Source of the DNA: an uncultured Clostridia bacterium
GTDB taxonomy: Bacteria > Bacillota > Clostridia > TANB77 > CAG-508
NCBI GenBank assembly: GCA_947588945.1
Contig: CANPZY010000001.1
Location: forward strand, 17,446-81,445
Direction: 5' to 3'
DNA length: 64,000 nucleotides
Shown: piece by piece, positions 9,059 through 18,744 of the stretch
Numbering within the stretch: the first letter of the stretch is position 1
Layout: each line of letters starts with the position of its first letter
Made by a program: the position numbers and the translations under genes
Notes under the pieces: generated by a model
Told to the model about the DNA's origin: nothing
What the model saw: only the letters and a program-made list of their open reading frames with translations
Database searches by the model: none

Positions 9059-9445
9059 TTAAAATAAAATATCTATATTCTTAATATGATTAATATAAAA
9101 TTTATCTTTTTTATAAATTTCAATTATATCAAATCTTATACTTCTTCCTTCTAACTTGTTAAAATAAATAAAATATTTACTTGCCTTTAAAATATGTTTT
9201 TTCTTCTGTTTGTTTACCGCTTCTGATGGCAAACCACAATTTAAACTCATCCTTGTTTTTACTTCTATAAATACAATTTCCTTCTTGTCTTGTGCAATTA
9301 TATCAATTTCTCCTTGCCTACATCTAAAATTCCTACATAAAATTTTATATCCTTTTTCTCTTAAATATCTACATGCAAAATTTTCTCCTATCTTTCCTAA
9401 TTCTTGATTTTCACTCATATTCCACTTCTTCTTATCTTTTTTCAA
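9059..9445 (-). CDS. yraN: YraN-family (UPF0102) endonuclease-like protein
   Basis: 128 aa with GEIDIIA...IVFIEVKTR, typical of the YraN family. Confidence 0.85.
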   Translation of the reverse strand: MKKDKKKWNMSENQELGKIGENFACRYLREKGYKILCRNFRCRQGEIDIIAQDKKEIVFIEVKTRMSLNCGLPSEAVNKQKKKHILKASKYFIYFNKLEGRSIRFDIIEIYKKDKFYINHIKNIDILF

Positions 9446-9469
9446 ATTAATATTTTATTAAATAATTTT

Positions 9470-10312
9470 TTATTCTTTTACCACATATTTATCTCCTGGC
9501 AAACTTTTTATAAATCCATCAACTTCAAGCATAAATAATATCTCATTTATTTCTTGAATCGTTCTATTAGCTCTTTTTGAGATTTCATTAACTGATACTG
9601 GAATTGTTCCAATATTTTCATATACTTCTTTATATTTTCCATCAATATTTATTTTTTCATCACACTCATCATAATTTAAACTATTTAATATATCCATTGG
9701 CGAGATTACAAGACTTGCTCCTTCTTGTATTAATTTATTTGTTCCATAACTATTTTTTTCACTTATATTCCCTGGAATACAAAATACCTCTTTATTTTGT
9801 CTAAATCCATATCTAGCTGTAATTGTACTTCCACTCCTATATTTAGCTTCTATCACTAAAATTGCATCAGCTAGTCCACTTATTATTCTATTTCTTCTAG
9901 GAAACTTACTCATATCAATTTCTTCATCTGGTTGAAATTCAGAAATTACAGCTCCACCTGAGTTTACAATTTTTTCTACTAAGATTTTATTTTCTGGTGG
10001 ATAAATATTTTTAAATCCAGAAGCTAAGACCGCAATAGTTTTTCCCTCTTTTTCAATTGAATTAATATGTGCAATTGTATCTATTCCTCTAGCTAATCCA
10101 CTTATTATGCATATACCTTTTTTTGATAATTCTTCCGAAAATCTTTTTGCTTGTTCTTTTCCATATTCACTGCAATCTCTTGAACCAACAATTGCAACTA
10201 TTGGTTTATCAAATAATTCTAAATTTCCTTCTACATATAATTTTTTTGGATAGTTTTTTATCTTTAATAACTTTTCTGGATAATTTTTCTGCGTTGATTT
10301 TATTATTTTCAT
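9470..10312 (-). CDS. dprA: DNA-processing protein DprA
   Basis: 280 aa. Rossmann-like DprA core VAIVGSRDCSEYG...SGLARGIDTIAH and a C-terminal winged-helix region. Confidence 0.9.
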   Translation of the reverse strand: MKIIKSTQKNYPEKLLKIKNYPKKLYVEGNLELFDKPIVAIVGSRDCSEYGKEQAKRFSEELSKKGICIISGLARGIDTIAHINSIEKEGKTIAVLASGFKNIYPPENKILVEKIVNSGGAVISEFQPDEEIDMSKFPRRNRIISGLADAILVIEAKYRSGSTITARYGFRQNKEVFCIPGNISEKNSYGTNKLIQEGASLVISPMDILNSLNYDECDEKINIDGKYKEVYENIGTIPVSVNEISKRANRTIQEINEILFMLEVDGFIKSLPGDKYVVKE

Positions 10313-10334
10313 AGTTATTACTTTTTTCTCCTTT

Positions 10335-11991
10335 TTAATTTTTAAAAAAGTTTTTGTCTAAACTTCTATATTGTATTGCTTCTGAAATATGTCTTTTTTC
10401 AATATTTTCGCTACCTTCTAAATCTGCTATTGTTCTAGCTACTTTTAAAATTTTCAAATAAGCTCTAGAAGTTAATCCTAGATTTATAAAAGCTTTTTTT
10501 AATAATTCTTTGCTTTCTTCATCTATTTTGCAATATTTTTCACACTGCTTATGATTTAATTCGGAGTTTGAAAATATATTTTCATTTTCATATCTTTTTT
10601 GTTGAATTAATCTTGCCTTTTCAACTCTTTGCTTTATTTCACTAGAACTCTCCTCTTTACTTTTATTTGATAATTTATCATAGTTTACTCTTTCAACTTC
10701 AATTTGAATATCTATTCTATCTAAAAGAGGCCCACTAAGTTTTCCTAAATATTTCTTAATTAAAATTGGCGTACACGTACATTGTTTATAATTTGAACCA
10801 TAATAACCACAAGGACATGGATTCATAGATGCTACCAACATAAAATTACAAGGATAAGTTAATACCTGATTTAATCTTGCTATTGTTATCTTTTTATCTT
10901 CTAGTGGCTCTCTTAATACCTCTAAAGTATCTTTGTCAAACTCTGCTATTTCATCTAAAAATAATACTCCATTGTGTGCTAAACTTATCTCTCCCGGCTT
11001 TGGCACTCTTCCACCACCTATCAATGCTACTTTAGTTATTGTGTGATGTGGATTTCTAAATGGTCTTGATACAATTATCTTCTCATCATTTTTTAATGTT
11101 CCTGCTATACTATGAATCTTTGTTGTTTCAAGAGATTCTTCAAAAGTTAAATTTGGTAAAATTGTTGTTAATCTTTGTGCAAGCATTGTTTTTCCGAGAT
11201 CCAGGACTTCCTATAAGTAGAATATTATGCCCACCTGCTGCTGCAATTTCTAGTGCTCTTTTAACATTTTCTTGACCTTTTACTTCATTAAAATCTATAT
11301 TATATTTATTTATGTTTTTGTTTATTTCTTCCCATGTTGTTTTTATTTCTTTTAATTTAATATTTCCATTCAAATATTCTATTATTTCTTTTAATGTTTT
11401 TGCTCCTAGTATTTCTATCCCTTCAACAATTCCTACCTCATCTAAATTTTCATAAGGTATAATTATTTTTTTCATACCTAATCTTTTTGCTTCTATGCAT
11501 ATTGGCAAAATTCCATTAATTTTATTTATTTTTCCATCAAGAGAAAGTTCACCAATAAAAGCTGTTTTTCTGTTTTTTAAATAATTTCTTATTTCTATTT
11601 CGCCAAGATAATCTTCGTTATCAACTGAAGTCTCATTTATATTTTTCTCACCTTCATTACTAAAAATATCAATCTTATTTTTTGAATAATTTTCTTTTTT
11701 ACTTTTTATTACTCCTATACAATATAAAACTCCAATAGCTATTGGTAAATCTAAATAAGATCCTTCTTTTCTTATGTCTGCTGGAGCTAAGTTTACTAAT
11801 ACCTTTCTACTAAATAATTCATATCCTGAATTTTTAATTGCAGTTTTTACTCTTTCTTTTGATTCTTTTATACTTATATCTGGCAAACCTACAATATCCC
11901 ATTCCGGAATACCTGCAGATACATCAACTTGCACATCAATAATATATCCCTCTAATCCTTTTAGAGACATACTTTTAACTATCGAAAGCAA
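10335..11991 (-). pseudogene. comM: ComM/YifB Mg-chelatase-like AAA+ ATPase, split by a 1-nt frameshift inside the Walker A motif
   Basis: Two 283-aa ORFs overlap at 11140-11186. The coding strand reads GGA TCT CGG AAA AAC AAT. Removing the C (plus-strand g at 11196) restores GSPGSGKTMLAQRL. Confidence 0.85.
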
Positions 11992-12202
11992 TTTTTTTCT
12001 CCTTTCATTTATTAAATTTATTTGGAATTTTGTAATTAGATTTAATTACAATAGAATTAATTTTATATCCATATTTTACCATAACATTTTAAAAAATGCA
12101 ATACTTTTTTATTATTTACATGTATATTTTTCATAATTGCATTTAATTTTTCACTTAGACTTTATTTTATAATTGTCGCTTTTTATTTATACTTTCATTA
12201 CA

Positions 12203-12247
12203 AAAAAATTAGAGAGAAATTTAATTTAGATATTTCTCTCTAATTTT
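12203..12247 (-). terminator. Terminator after trmB
   Basis: TTAGAGAGAAAT / ATTTCTCTCTAA stem flanked by A/T runs. Confidence 0.55.
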
Positions 12248-12955
12248 TTAAGTATTTATTTTAGCAATCAATGCTTTTATTTTTATTCCTTCTGCTTTAA
12301 ACATTTTTTCATGTTCTGTTTCTATATTTTCTTCACCATTCCAGAAATTTGTTTCATTAGATAAATCATAAGTTATCTTTTCAATTTTATATCCAGTATC
12401 ATTAAAGTATTTCTGAGATTGTTCAAATAAATCATCATCATCTGTTTTAAAAAATATCTCACCTTTTAAGAATTTTTTGTATTGTTCTAGTTGTCTTTCA
12501 TGAGTCAATCTTTTTTTATGATGTTTGCCTCTTGGCCAAGGATTACAGAAATTAATATATATTCTTTCTATTTCGTCATCTTCTCCAAAGACGTCTGTAA
12601 TTCTTGCTATATCATATCTTGTAAGTTTTAAATTTTTTACTACTTTTTGTTTTTCTATTTCGTTTTCTATAACTTCTGCTATAGTTGATTCTCTAATTCC
12701 ATATTCTGCTTCTACATTTCTTTTTGCCATTCCAAGCATTGCATCAACTAAATCTATTGCAATGTAATTTATATTTTGATTTTGTTTTGAAAGCTTTGCT
12801 ATAAAGTTTCCTTTCCCACAACCAAGTTCTAAATACAATTTTTGCTCTTTTTCAAATACAGTTTTCCACTTATTTTTATAATCTTGTGGATTATCTATGT
12901 AAAATGGGCTTGTTTCTAATTCTTCTCTCGCCCAAGGTTTAAATTTCATTCTCAT
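12248..12955 (-). CDS. trmB: tRNA (guanine46-N7)-methyltransferase TrmB
   Basis: 235 aa with LELGCGKGNF and NFCNPWP...HHKKRL, typical of TrmB. Confidence 0.88.
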   Translation of the reverse strand: MRMKFKPWAREELETSPFYIDNPQDYKNKWKTVFEKEQKLYLELGCGKGNFIAKLSKQNQNINYIAIDLVDAMLGMAKRNVEAEYGIRESTIAEVIENEIEKQKVVKNLKLTRYDIARITDVFGEDDEIERIYINFCNPWPRGKHHKKRLTHERQLEQYKKFLKGEIFFKTDDDDLFEQSQKYFNDTGYKIEKITYDLSNETNFWNGEENIETEHEKMFKAEGIKIKALIAKINT

Positions 12956-13055
12956 TTTTTTTTTCCTCGTATAATATGTTTATAAGTTTCATTTAATATA
13001 AATTTTTTTAATATTATTAATTTCTATTTAAAGAAATTTTTTATAACTTATATAA

Positions 13056-13736
13056 TTATTTTAAATCAACTCCAGATAATTCTTTCCAATTTCCTTTCAT
13101 ATCTGGTACATCGCTAAATGTAATTTTTTCTTTTGTAATTGGATGCTCTATTGTAAGCTTATATGACCACAAGCATAAACCTTTATCTATATTCTTTCCA
13201 TGATATTTTGAATCTCCAACTATGCTATGTCCTCTGCTTGAAAGTTGCACCCTTATTTGATGATGTCTTCCTGTATGTAAATCAATTTCAATAATTGAAA
13301 TATTTTTTTCTTTATCATATTTTAAAACTCTATAATCAAGTTCTGCTCTTTTAGCATTCTTTTTTGTTTCTTTCACCACATAACTTGTATTATTCTTTTC
13401 GTCCTTCCATAAATAGTCTACTAATGTATCTTCATCTTTTTCCATTTTTCCATTTACTATTGCTATATAACTTTTCTTAAATGTTTTATTTCTAACTTGT
13501 TCACTTAATCTTGATGCTGCTTTTGAAGTTTTTGCAAACACCATCACACCACCTACTGGTCTATCTAATCTATGAACTAATCCTAAATAAACATTTCCCG
13601 GCTTTTGATATTTTTCTTTTAAATAAGCCTTTATTATTGTAAGCATATCTTCATCTTCCGTTTTATCAGCTTGTGAAGGTATACCTGCTTCTTTCCTAAC
13701 TACAATTATGTGATTATCTTCATATATTACTTTCAT
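13056..13736 (-). CDS. RluA-family pseudouridine synthase
   Basis: Catalytic motif HRLDRPVGGV and HTGRHHQIRVQL. Confidence 0.88.
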   Translation of the reverse strand: MKVIYEDNHIIVVRKEAGIPSQADKTEDEDMLTIIKAYLKEKYQKPGNVYLGLVHRLDRPVGGVMVFAKTSKAASRLSEQVRNKTFKKSYIAIVNGKMEKDEDTLVDYLWKDEKNNTSYVVKETKKNAKRAELDYRVLKYDKEKNISIIEIDLHTGRHHQIRVQLSSRGHSIVGDSKYHGKNIDKGLCLWSYKLTIEHPITKEKITFSDVPDMKGNWKELSGVDLK

Positions 13737-13781
13737 TAAAACTACATCCTTTATTATAAAACTATAGTAATTTTAGTGCAA

Positions 13782-14660
13782 TTAACTTTCCCATCTTCCA
13801 TAAATTCCACAAGGTAACACTAATTCTGAATTAGTCATTGGTAATCCTACTTCTCCATTCGAGAATTTTCCTTTTACATTTTTAGGCATACAAACTCTTA
13901 GCATATTTTCTAAAACTCTACTTGATATTCCTGTTGTGTATGAATTAATAAGGAAAAATAAAGGCTTATCTGATAATACATTTGTGCATAATTTAATTAG
14001 TTCAAATATATTTTCTTCAAACTTCCATACTTCTCCATTTGCACCTCTTCCATAAGATGGAGGATCCATTATTATTGCATCATATTTGTTATTTCTTCTA
14101 ATTTCTCTATTTACAAATTTTACAACATCATCAATTAAAAATCTAACCTTTTTATCTCTTAAATTAGATGAAGTTACATTTTCTTTTGCCCATTCTACCA
14201 TTCCCTTTGAACTATCCACATGACAAACAGATGCACCTGCATAAAGACAACTTACAGTTGCACCTCCAGTATATGCAAAAAGATTTAAAACCTTTATTTC
14301 TCTATTTGCACCTTTTATTTTATTAATCATCCAGTCCCAGTTTACAGCTTGCTCAGGAAATAAACCAGTGTGTTTAAATCCCATTGGCTTAATATTAAAC
14401 TCTAAATCTTTATATCTAACTTGCCAGTTTTTAGGAAGCTTATTATTGTATTTCCATGCTCCACCACCAGTCGCACTTCTTTCATATCTAGCATCAGCCT
14501 TTTTCCATAATTCAGGAAATGTTTTTTCTTTCCAAATTATTTGTGGATCAGGTCTTATTAAAATAATATCTTTCCATCTTTCTAATTTTTCGCCATTTGC
14601 CATATCTAGTATTTCGTAATCATTCCAATTATTTGCTATATCCATTTCTTTACCTTTCAC
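13782..14660 (-). CDS. Class I SAM-dependent methyltransferase (RlmI/RlmK-like catalytic domain)
   Basis: 292 aa with VLNLFAYTGG, IIMDPPSYGRG and a GLFPEQ motif. Confidence 0.75.
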   Translation of the reverse strand: MKGKEMDIANNWNDYEILDMANGEKLERWKDIILIRPDPQIIWKEKTFPELWKKADARYERSATGGGAWKYNNKLPKNWQVRYKDLEFNIKPMGFKHTGLFPEQAVNWDWMINKIKGANREIKVLNLFAYTGGATVSCLYAGASVCHVDSSKGMVEWAKENVTSSNLRDKKVRFLIDDVVKFVNREIRRNNKYDAIIMDPPSYGRGANGEVWKFEENIFELIKLCTNVLSDKPLFFLINSYTTGISSRVLENMLRVCMPKNVKGKFSNGEVGLPMTNSELVLPCGIYGRWES

Positions 14661-14717
14661 TTCATTTTTACAACATTATTTAAAGCTTGTCTATAAAATT
14701 TATCTTTTTTTATAAAA

Positions 14718-14822
14718 TTATATTAATTTAAGTAGCATTACAAAATTATAAATCAATACTCCCAAAAAAGCTTGTACAATTATTGCCAATACGACAAAAA
14801 ATATAAAAAACTTCTTTCCCAT
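14718..14822 (-). CDS. Possible 34-aa hydrophobic small protein
   Basis: Below the ORF-track cutoff. AGGAGAGAG lies 4 nt before the ATG. Product MGKKFFIFFVVLAIIVQAFLGVLIYNFVMLLKLI is a single TM helix. Confidence 0.35.
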   Translation of the reverse strand: MGKKFFIFFVVLAIIVQAFLGVLIYNFVMLLKLI

Positions 14823-14930
14823 AACTCTCTCCTATTTTAATAATATACTATTTAAAATATATTCGAGAATTACCAATTTATTCCACAAATCGTATTACAA
14901 CTTTTTATATTTTTTTACAAAATTTATAAT

Positions 14931-15057
14931 TACAATAAAAATAGTTATAATTCTGCAGTGGCGCGTAGCGCTCAAGCAAAGCGCGAATGGAGCGAAAGTG
15001 ATGAAATCACTTTCTAGCGACAACAAGCCACAAAAAATTATAAGTATTTTTATTGTA
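14931..15057 (+). repeat. GC-rich hairpin-embedded repeat, copy C
   Basis: 22-nt inverted arms (14931-14952 and 15036-15057, one mismatch) enclose an 83-nt core. The core contains AAGCGCGAATGGAGCG, the hairpin AAAGTGAT-gaa-ATCACTTT and CTAGCGACAACAAGCCAC. The element ends 9 nt from the uvrC stop. Confidence 0.85.
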
Positions 15058-15065
15058 TTAATAAA

Positions 15066-16919
15066 TCATAAGCTTTCCTTTATTTTTTTAGCCAGTTCTT
15101 CATTTATTCCTTTTACTTCCGCAATCTCACTAACATCTGCATTTTTAATATTTTCTACACTATTAAATTTCTTTAAAAGTGCTAGTTTTTTTACAGTTCC
15201 TATTCCACTAATTTCATCTAGTTTAGATTTAGTCATAGATTTATCTCTTAAGAATTTGTGATATCCAATTGCGTTATCATGAACTGCATTTTGAAAATTA
15301 GTTATCAAATTAAATAAATCTTCTGAAATATTAATTACTTTTCTATTTTCATCAATTAATGCTCTTGTTTCATGCTTATCATTTTTTACCATACCAAAAA
15401 CACTAATATCTAAGCTCTTGTTTATTTTATTTTCAACATTTTTTATTGCTTGTTTTATAGCTCTTATCTGTGTTATTCCACCATCAGCTAAAATCAAATC
15501 TGGTAATTTTCCAAATCCTTTTGAATCTCCAATTTTTTCTATATCTACATCTTTTAATTTTCCTTTTTCTTCATCAGTTAACTCTATTGAATGATAAAGT
15601 CTCCTAGTTACAACTTCTTCCATACATTTTGGATCATCTTGTCCATATACAGTTTTTATTTTAAATCTTCTTGATAAATTTTTCTTAATCACTCCATCAA
15701 TCATAACACACATTCCTGCTACCATATATTCACCAGAAATGTTTGATATATCAAAACTTTCTATTTTTCTTGGAAGATTTTCTAATCCTAATACTTCTTT
15801 TAATTCTAAAACTAAATTTTTATTTGATTTTTCTTTATTATCCAATGTTATTTTGGCATTATTTTCTGCCATTTCTACTAATTTTATTTTCTTTCCTTTT
15901 TGTGGAACTTTAATTTCAACTTTTCTTTCACTTTCATTAGTAAGCCAGATTTCTAAAAGTTTTCTTTCTTCAAAATCTTCTTTTACCATTATTTTGTTAG
16001 GAAAAAATTTTCTTCCTGTATAATATTGCTTTATAAAATTAGAAATTATTTCTTTATCATCTTCATCATTTAATCCTTTTAAGAAAAAATGATCTCTGCC
16101 AATCATTTTGCTATTTCTAATGTAAAAAATTTCTACACATATTTCATATTCATTTCTAGCTATTCCAATTACATCAATGTCATTATCTGAAATATTTGAG
16201 ACTTTCTGTCTTTGTGAAATTCTTTGTGTTGCTAAAAGTTCATCTCTTATTTGTGCTGCTTTTTCAAATTCTTGTTTTTCTGATGCTTCTAGCATTTCAT
16301 TTTTTAATTCTTTTTGTACTTCATCAATATTTCCATCTAATATTGATATAATCTGATTTATCTGCTTTCTATAATCATCTTTTGAAATATATCCCATACA
16401 TGGTGCCATACATTTTTTTATATGATAATTCAAGCATGCCCTATCCTTATATTTAAAAGTTCTGCATTGTCTGATTTTAAATTTTGATTTTATAAAATCC
16501 ACCATTTCTTTTGCAGCACCTGCATTTGCATAAGGTCCAAAATATCTTGCTCCATCATTTAAAATTTTCCTAGTTATATAAATATCTGGAAAATCAGCTT
16601 TTACATTTATTTTTATGTATGGATATGTTTTATCATCTTTTAAAAGCACGTTAAATTTAGGCATATTTTTCTTTATTAGATTACATTCTAATATAAGTGC
16701 CTCTGCCTCATTTTCACAAACAATATACTCAAAATGATCTATTAATGCTACCATATTTAGTATTCTTTGAGTTTTATTTGTTTTTCTAAAATATGAAGTT
16801 ACTCTCCTTTTTAAATTAATTGCCTTTCCAACATAAATAATCTTATCTGATTTATCATGCATAATATATACACCAGGTTTTTGAGGCAATTTTTTTAATT
16901 CTTCTTCTATATTAAACAT
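15066..16919 (-). CDS. uvrC: Excinuclease ABC subunit C (UvrC)
   Basis: GIY-YIG motif PGVYIMHDKSDKIIYVGKA and a C-terminal HhH pair. I prefer the ATG at 16919 (RBS GGAGAAAG) over the ORF-track start at 16967. Confidence 0.92.
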   Translation of the reverse strand: MFNIEEELKKLPQKPGVYIMHDKSDKIIYVGKAINLKRRVTSYFRKTNKTQRILNMVALIDHFEYIVCENEAEALILECNLIKKNMPKFNVLLKDDKTYPYIKINVKADFPDIYITRKILNDGARYFGPYANAGAAKEMVDFIKSKFKIRQCRTFKYKDRACLNYHIKKCMAPCMGYISKDDYRKQINQIISILDGNIDEVQKELKNEMLEASEKQEFEKAAQIRDELLATQRISQRQKVSNISDNDIDVIGIARNEYEICVEIFYIRNSKMIGRDHFFLKGLNDEDDKEIISNFIKQYYTGRKFFPNKIMVKEDFEERKLLEIWLTNESERKVEIKVPQKGKKIKLVEMAENNAKITLDNKEKSNKNLVLELKEVLGLENLPRKIESFDISNISGEYMVAGMCVMIDGVIKKNLSRRFKIKTVYGQDDPKCMEEVVTRRLYHSIELTDEEKGKLKDVDIEKIGDSKGFGKLPDLILADGGITQIRAIKQAIKNVENKINKSLDISVFGMVKNDKHETRALIDENRKVINISEDLFNLITNFQNAVHDNAIGYHKFLRDKSMTKSKLDEISGIGTVKKLALLKKFNSVENIKNADVSEIAEVKGINEELAKKIKESL

Positions 16920-17145
16920 TACTTTCTCCAACATATAAATTATATCAAAATATACATAAAAAAGCAATTTTTGAAAAAAATATCAATTTATTTTATACAC
17001 TCGCACTTACTTTTTCACTTAACCCATTTTATACACTATATGAAATCTTTAATAATTGTTTTTATAAAAAATTTATTGTATAATAATTTCTAGAATTTAA
17101 AACATAATACAATTTTATAGAAAAATTAATTTTTCATTTTTTATA

Positions 17146-17832
17146 GTGAAAGAAAGGAAAATTTCTATGAATGAAAATAAATTATTTGATTTAGGACTTA
17201 TCTGTGGCAGATTTTCACATGCACATTTAGGACATCTACAACTATTTCAATCTTGTATGGCACTTTGTAAGCGTACACTTATATTGGTATCTTCTGCGCA
17301 AGAATCTAAAACATTAAGAAATCCTTTTTCTATTGATACTAGAATAAACGTGATAAAACAATGTCTTCGAGATATTTCAGAAGATAATCTTATTATAAAA
17401 GGGCTAGATGACCTCACAAATGAATATGATTTTAATGTAGATTGGGGCGGATATGTTAAGAAAAATGTAGAAAAAATAACAGGAAAATTTGCAGACCTTA
17501 TGGTTTATGGAAATGAAGAAGCTCGCAATAAATGGTTTAAATCAGAAGATATAGAAAAAACCGCAGAGCTAATTTTACCACGAATTTTATCAGCAACTCT
17601 TGTTAGAGGAATGCTTATTATAGATAATGAAAAGGCTTGGAAAGAATCTACTCCTAATAACATTCACCATTTATATAAAGATTTACAAAATGAAATTTTA
17701 GATGTTCCTATTTATCAAAAAATATATAATGAGATAAATAGAACACCTAAAACTATTGACGATTTTATGAATGTTTATAAAATTTATGAAACAGAAGATA
17801 AGAATAAAAAGCTCGAATCAATAAAAAGTTAA
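17146..17832 (+). CDS. Cytidylyltransferase-family protein (NMN adenylyltransferase-like)
   Basis: N-terminal nucleotidyltransferase motif GLICGRFSHAHLGHL (HxGH type). The start may be the ATG at 17167. Confidence 0.65.
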   Translation: MKERKISMNENKLFDLGLICGRFSHAHLGHLQLFQSCMALCKRTLILVSSAQESKTLRNPFSIDTRINVIKQCLRDISEDNLIIKGLDDLTNEYDFNVDWGGYVKKNVEKITGKFADLMVYGNEEARNKWFKSEDIEKTAELILPRILSATLVRGMLIIDNEKAWKESTPNNIHHLYKDLQNEILDVPIYQKIYNEINRTPKTIDDFMNVYKIYETEDKNKKLESIKS

Positions 17833-18744
17833 TTTTTTTATTAAAAGCTTCTTGAACTTCCGCCTCCTCCAGAAGAGCCTCCGCCTCCTGAGAAGCCACC
17901 ACCTGAAAAACCTCCTGATGAACCTCCATGTCCACCACCGTATATACCAACCTCCGCTTCCTGTTCTTCTTGAAAAGCAAGAAACTGCATATATAAACAA
18001 ACAAAATAATGTCATCATTGTTGATGAAAATATATCTTTTAAAACTAAAACATTTAAAAACTCAGCAACAATTCCAAAAATTATTATAGATAGCCATTTC
18101 CATTTTTTCTTAACTCCATACATGCTTGCACCAATTATACTTGAAAGAAATGGAAATACCATAAATGAGCTAAAATAATATCCATAATCATCTGTACTTT
18201 CTCTTGCGACTGCTTCTTGTGCATTAACTTCTACTCCATATTCTTCTGCAACAATATTTACTATTGCACTAAAACCATTTTTTATTCCATCATTCCAGTT
18301 GTCTTCTTTTAAATATGGAATTATATATTCATCTTGAATTCTACCAGTTTTCCCGTCTGGTAAAATTCCTTCTAAGCCATATCCAACTTCTACTCTAAAC
18401 TCTCTTTCTTCTAATGCAAGTAGAAGTAAAACTCCATTATTTTTGCTTTTATCCCCTATTCCAAAACTTCTAAAAAGTTCTGTTGCATAGTCTTCTAGAG
18501 AATTTCCTTCTAAATTTTCTACAGTTACTACTACAATCTGTGCTCCTGTCTGACTATGTAGACTAACATTTGTATTTATTATATATTCTTTAGTTTCTTC
18601 ACTAAGTAGATTTGCATAATCATTAACATAGAATTCTGCCGTTGGACTTATAATAGCTAATGCTTTAATTGGTAATAAATTAAATATTATAAAAAATATT
18701 AACAATACTTTTATAATTATTTTTTTCTTACTCGAAATTAACAC
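17818..18744 (-). pseudogene. TPM-domain (YgcG-like) membrane protein, with its Gly-rich tail in the +1 frame
   Basis: TPM domain (YVNDYANLLS...QIVVVTV...GVLLLLAL). Likely GTG start at 18744 with an AGGAGG RBS. The body frame ends in a W/R-rich string. The +1 frame instead reads GIYGGGHGGSSGGFSGGGFSGGGGSSGGGGSSRSF and stops at 17841. Confidence 0.75.

Noticed and set aside
17818-17960. W/R-rich C-terminal peptide (WYIRWWTWRFIRRFFRWW...) as a possible antimicrobial-peptide-like module
   Set aside because: It is the out-of-frame reading of GGN-rich codons. The +1 frame gives the Gly/Ser tail typical of TPM-domain proteins.
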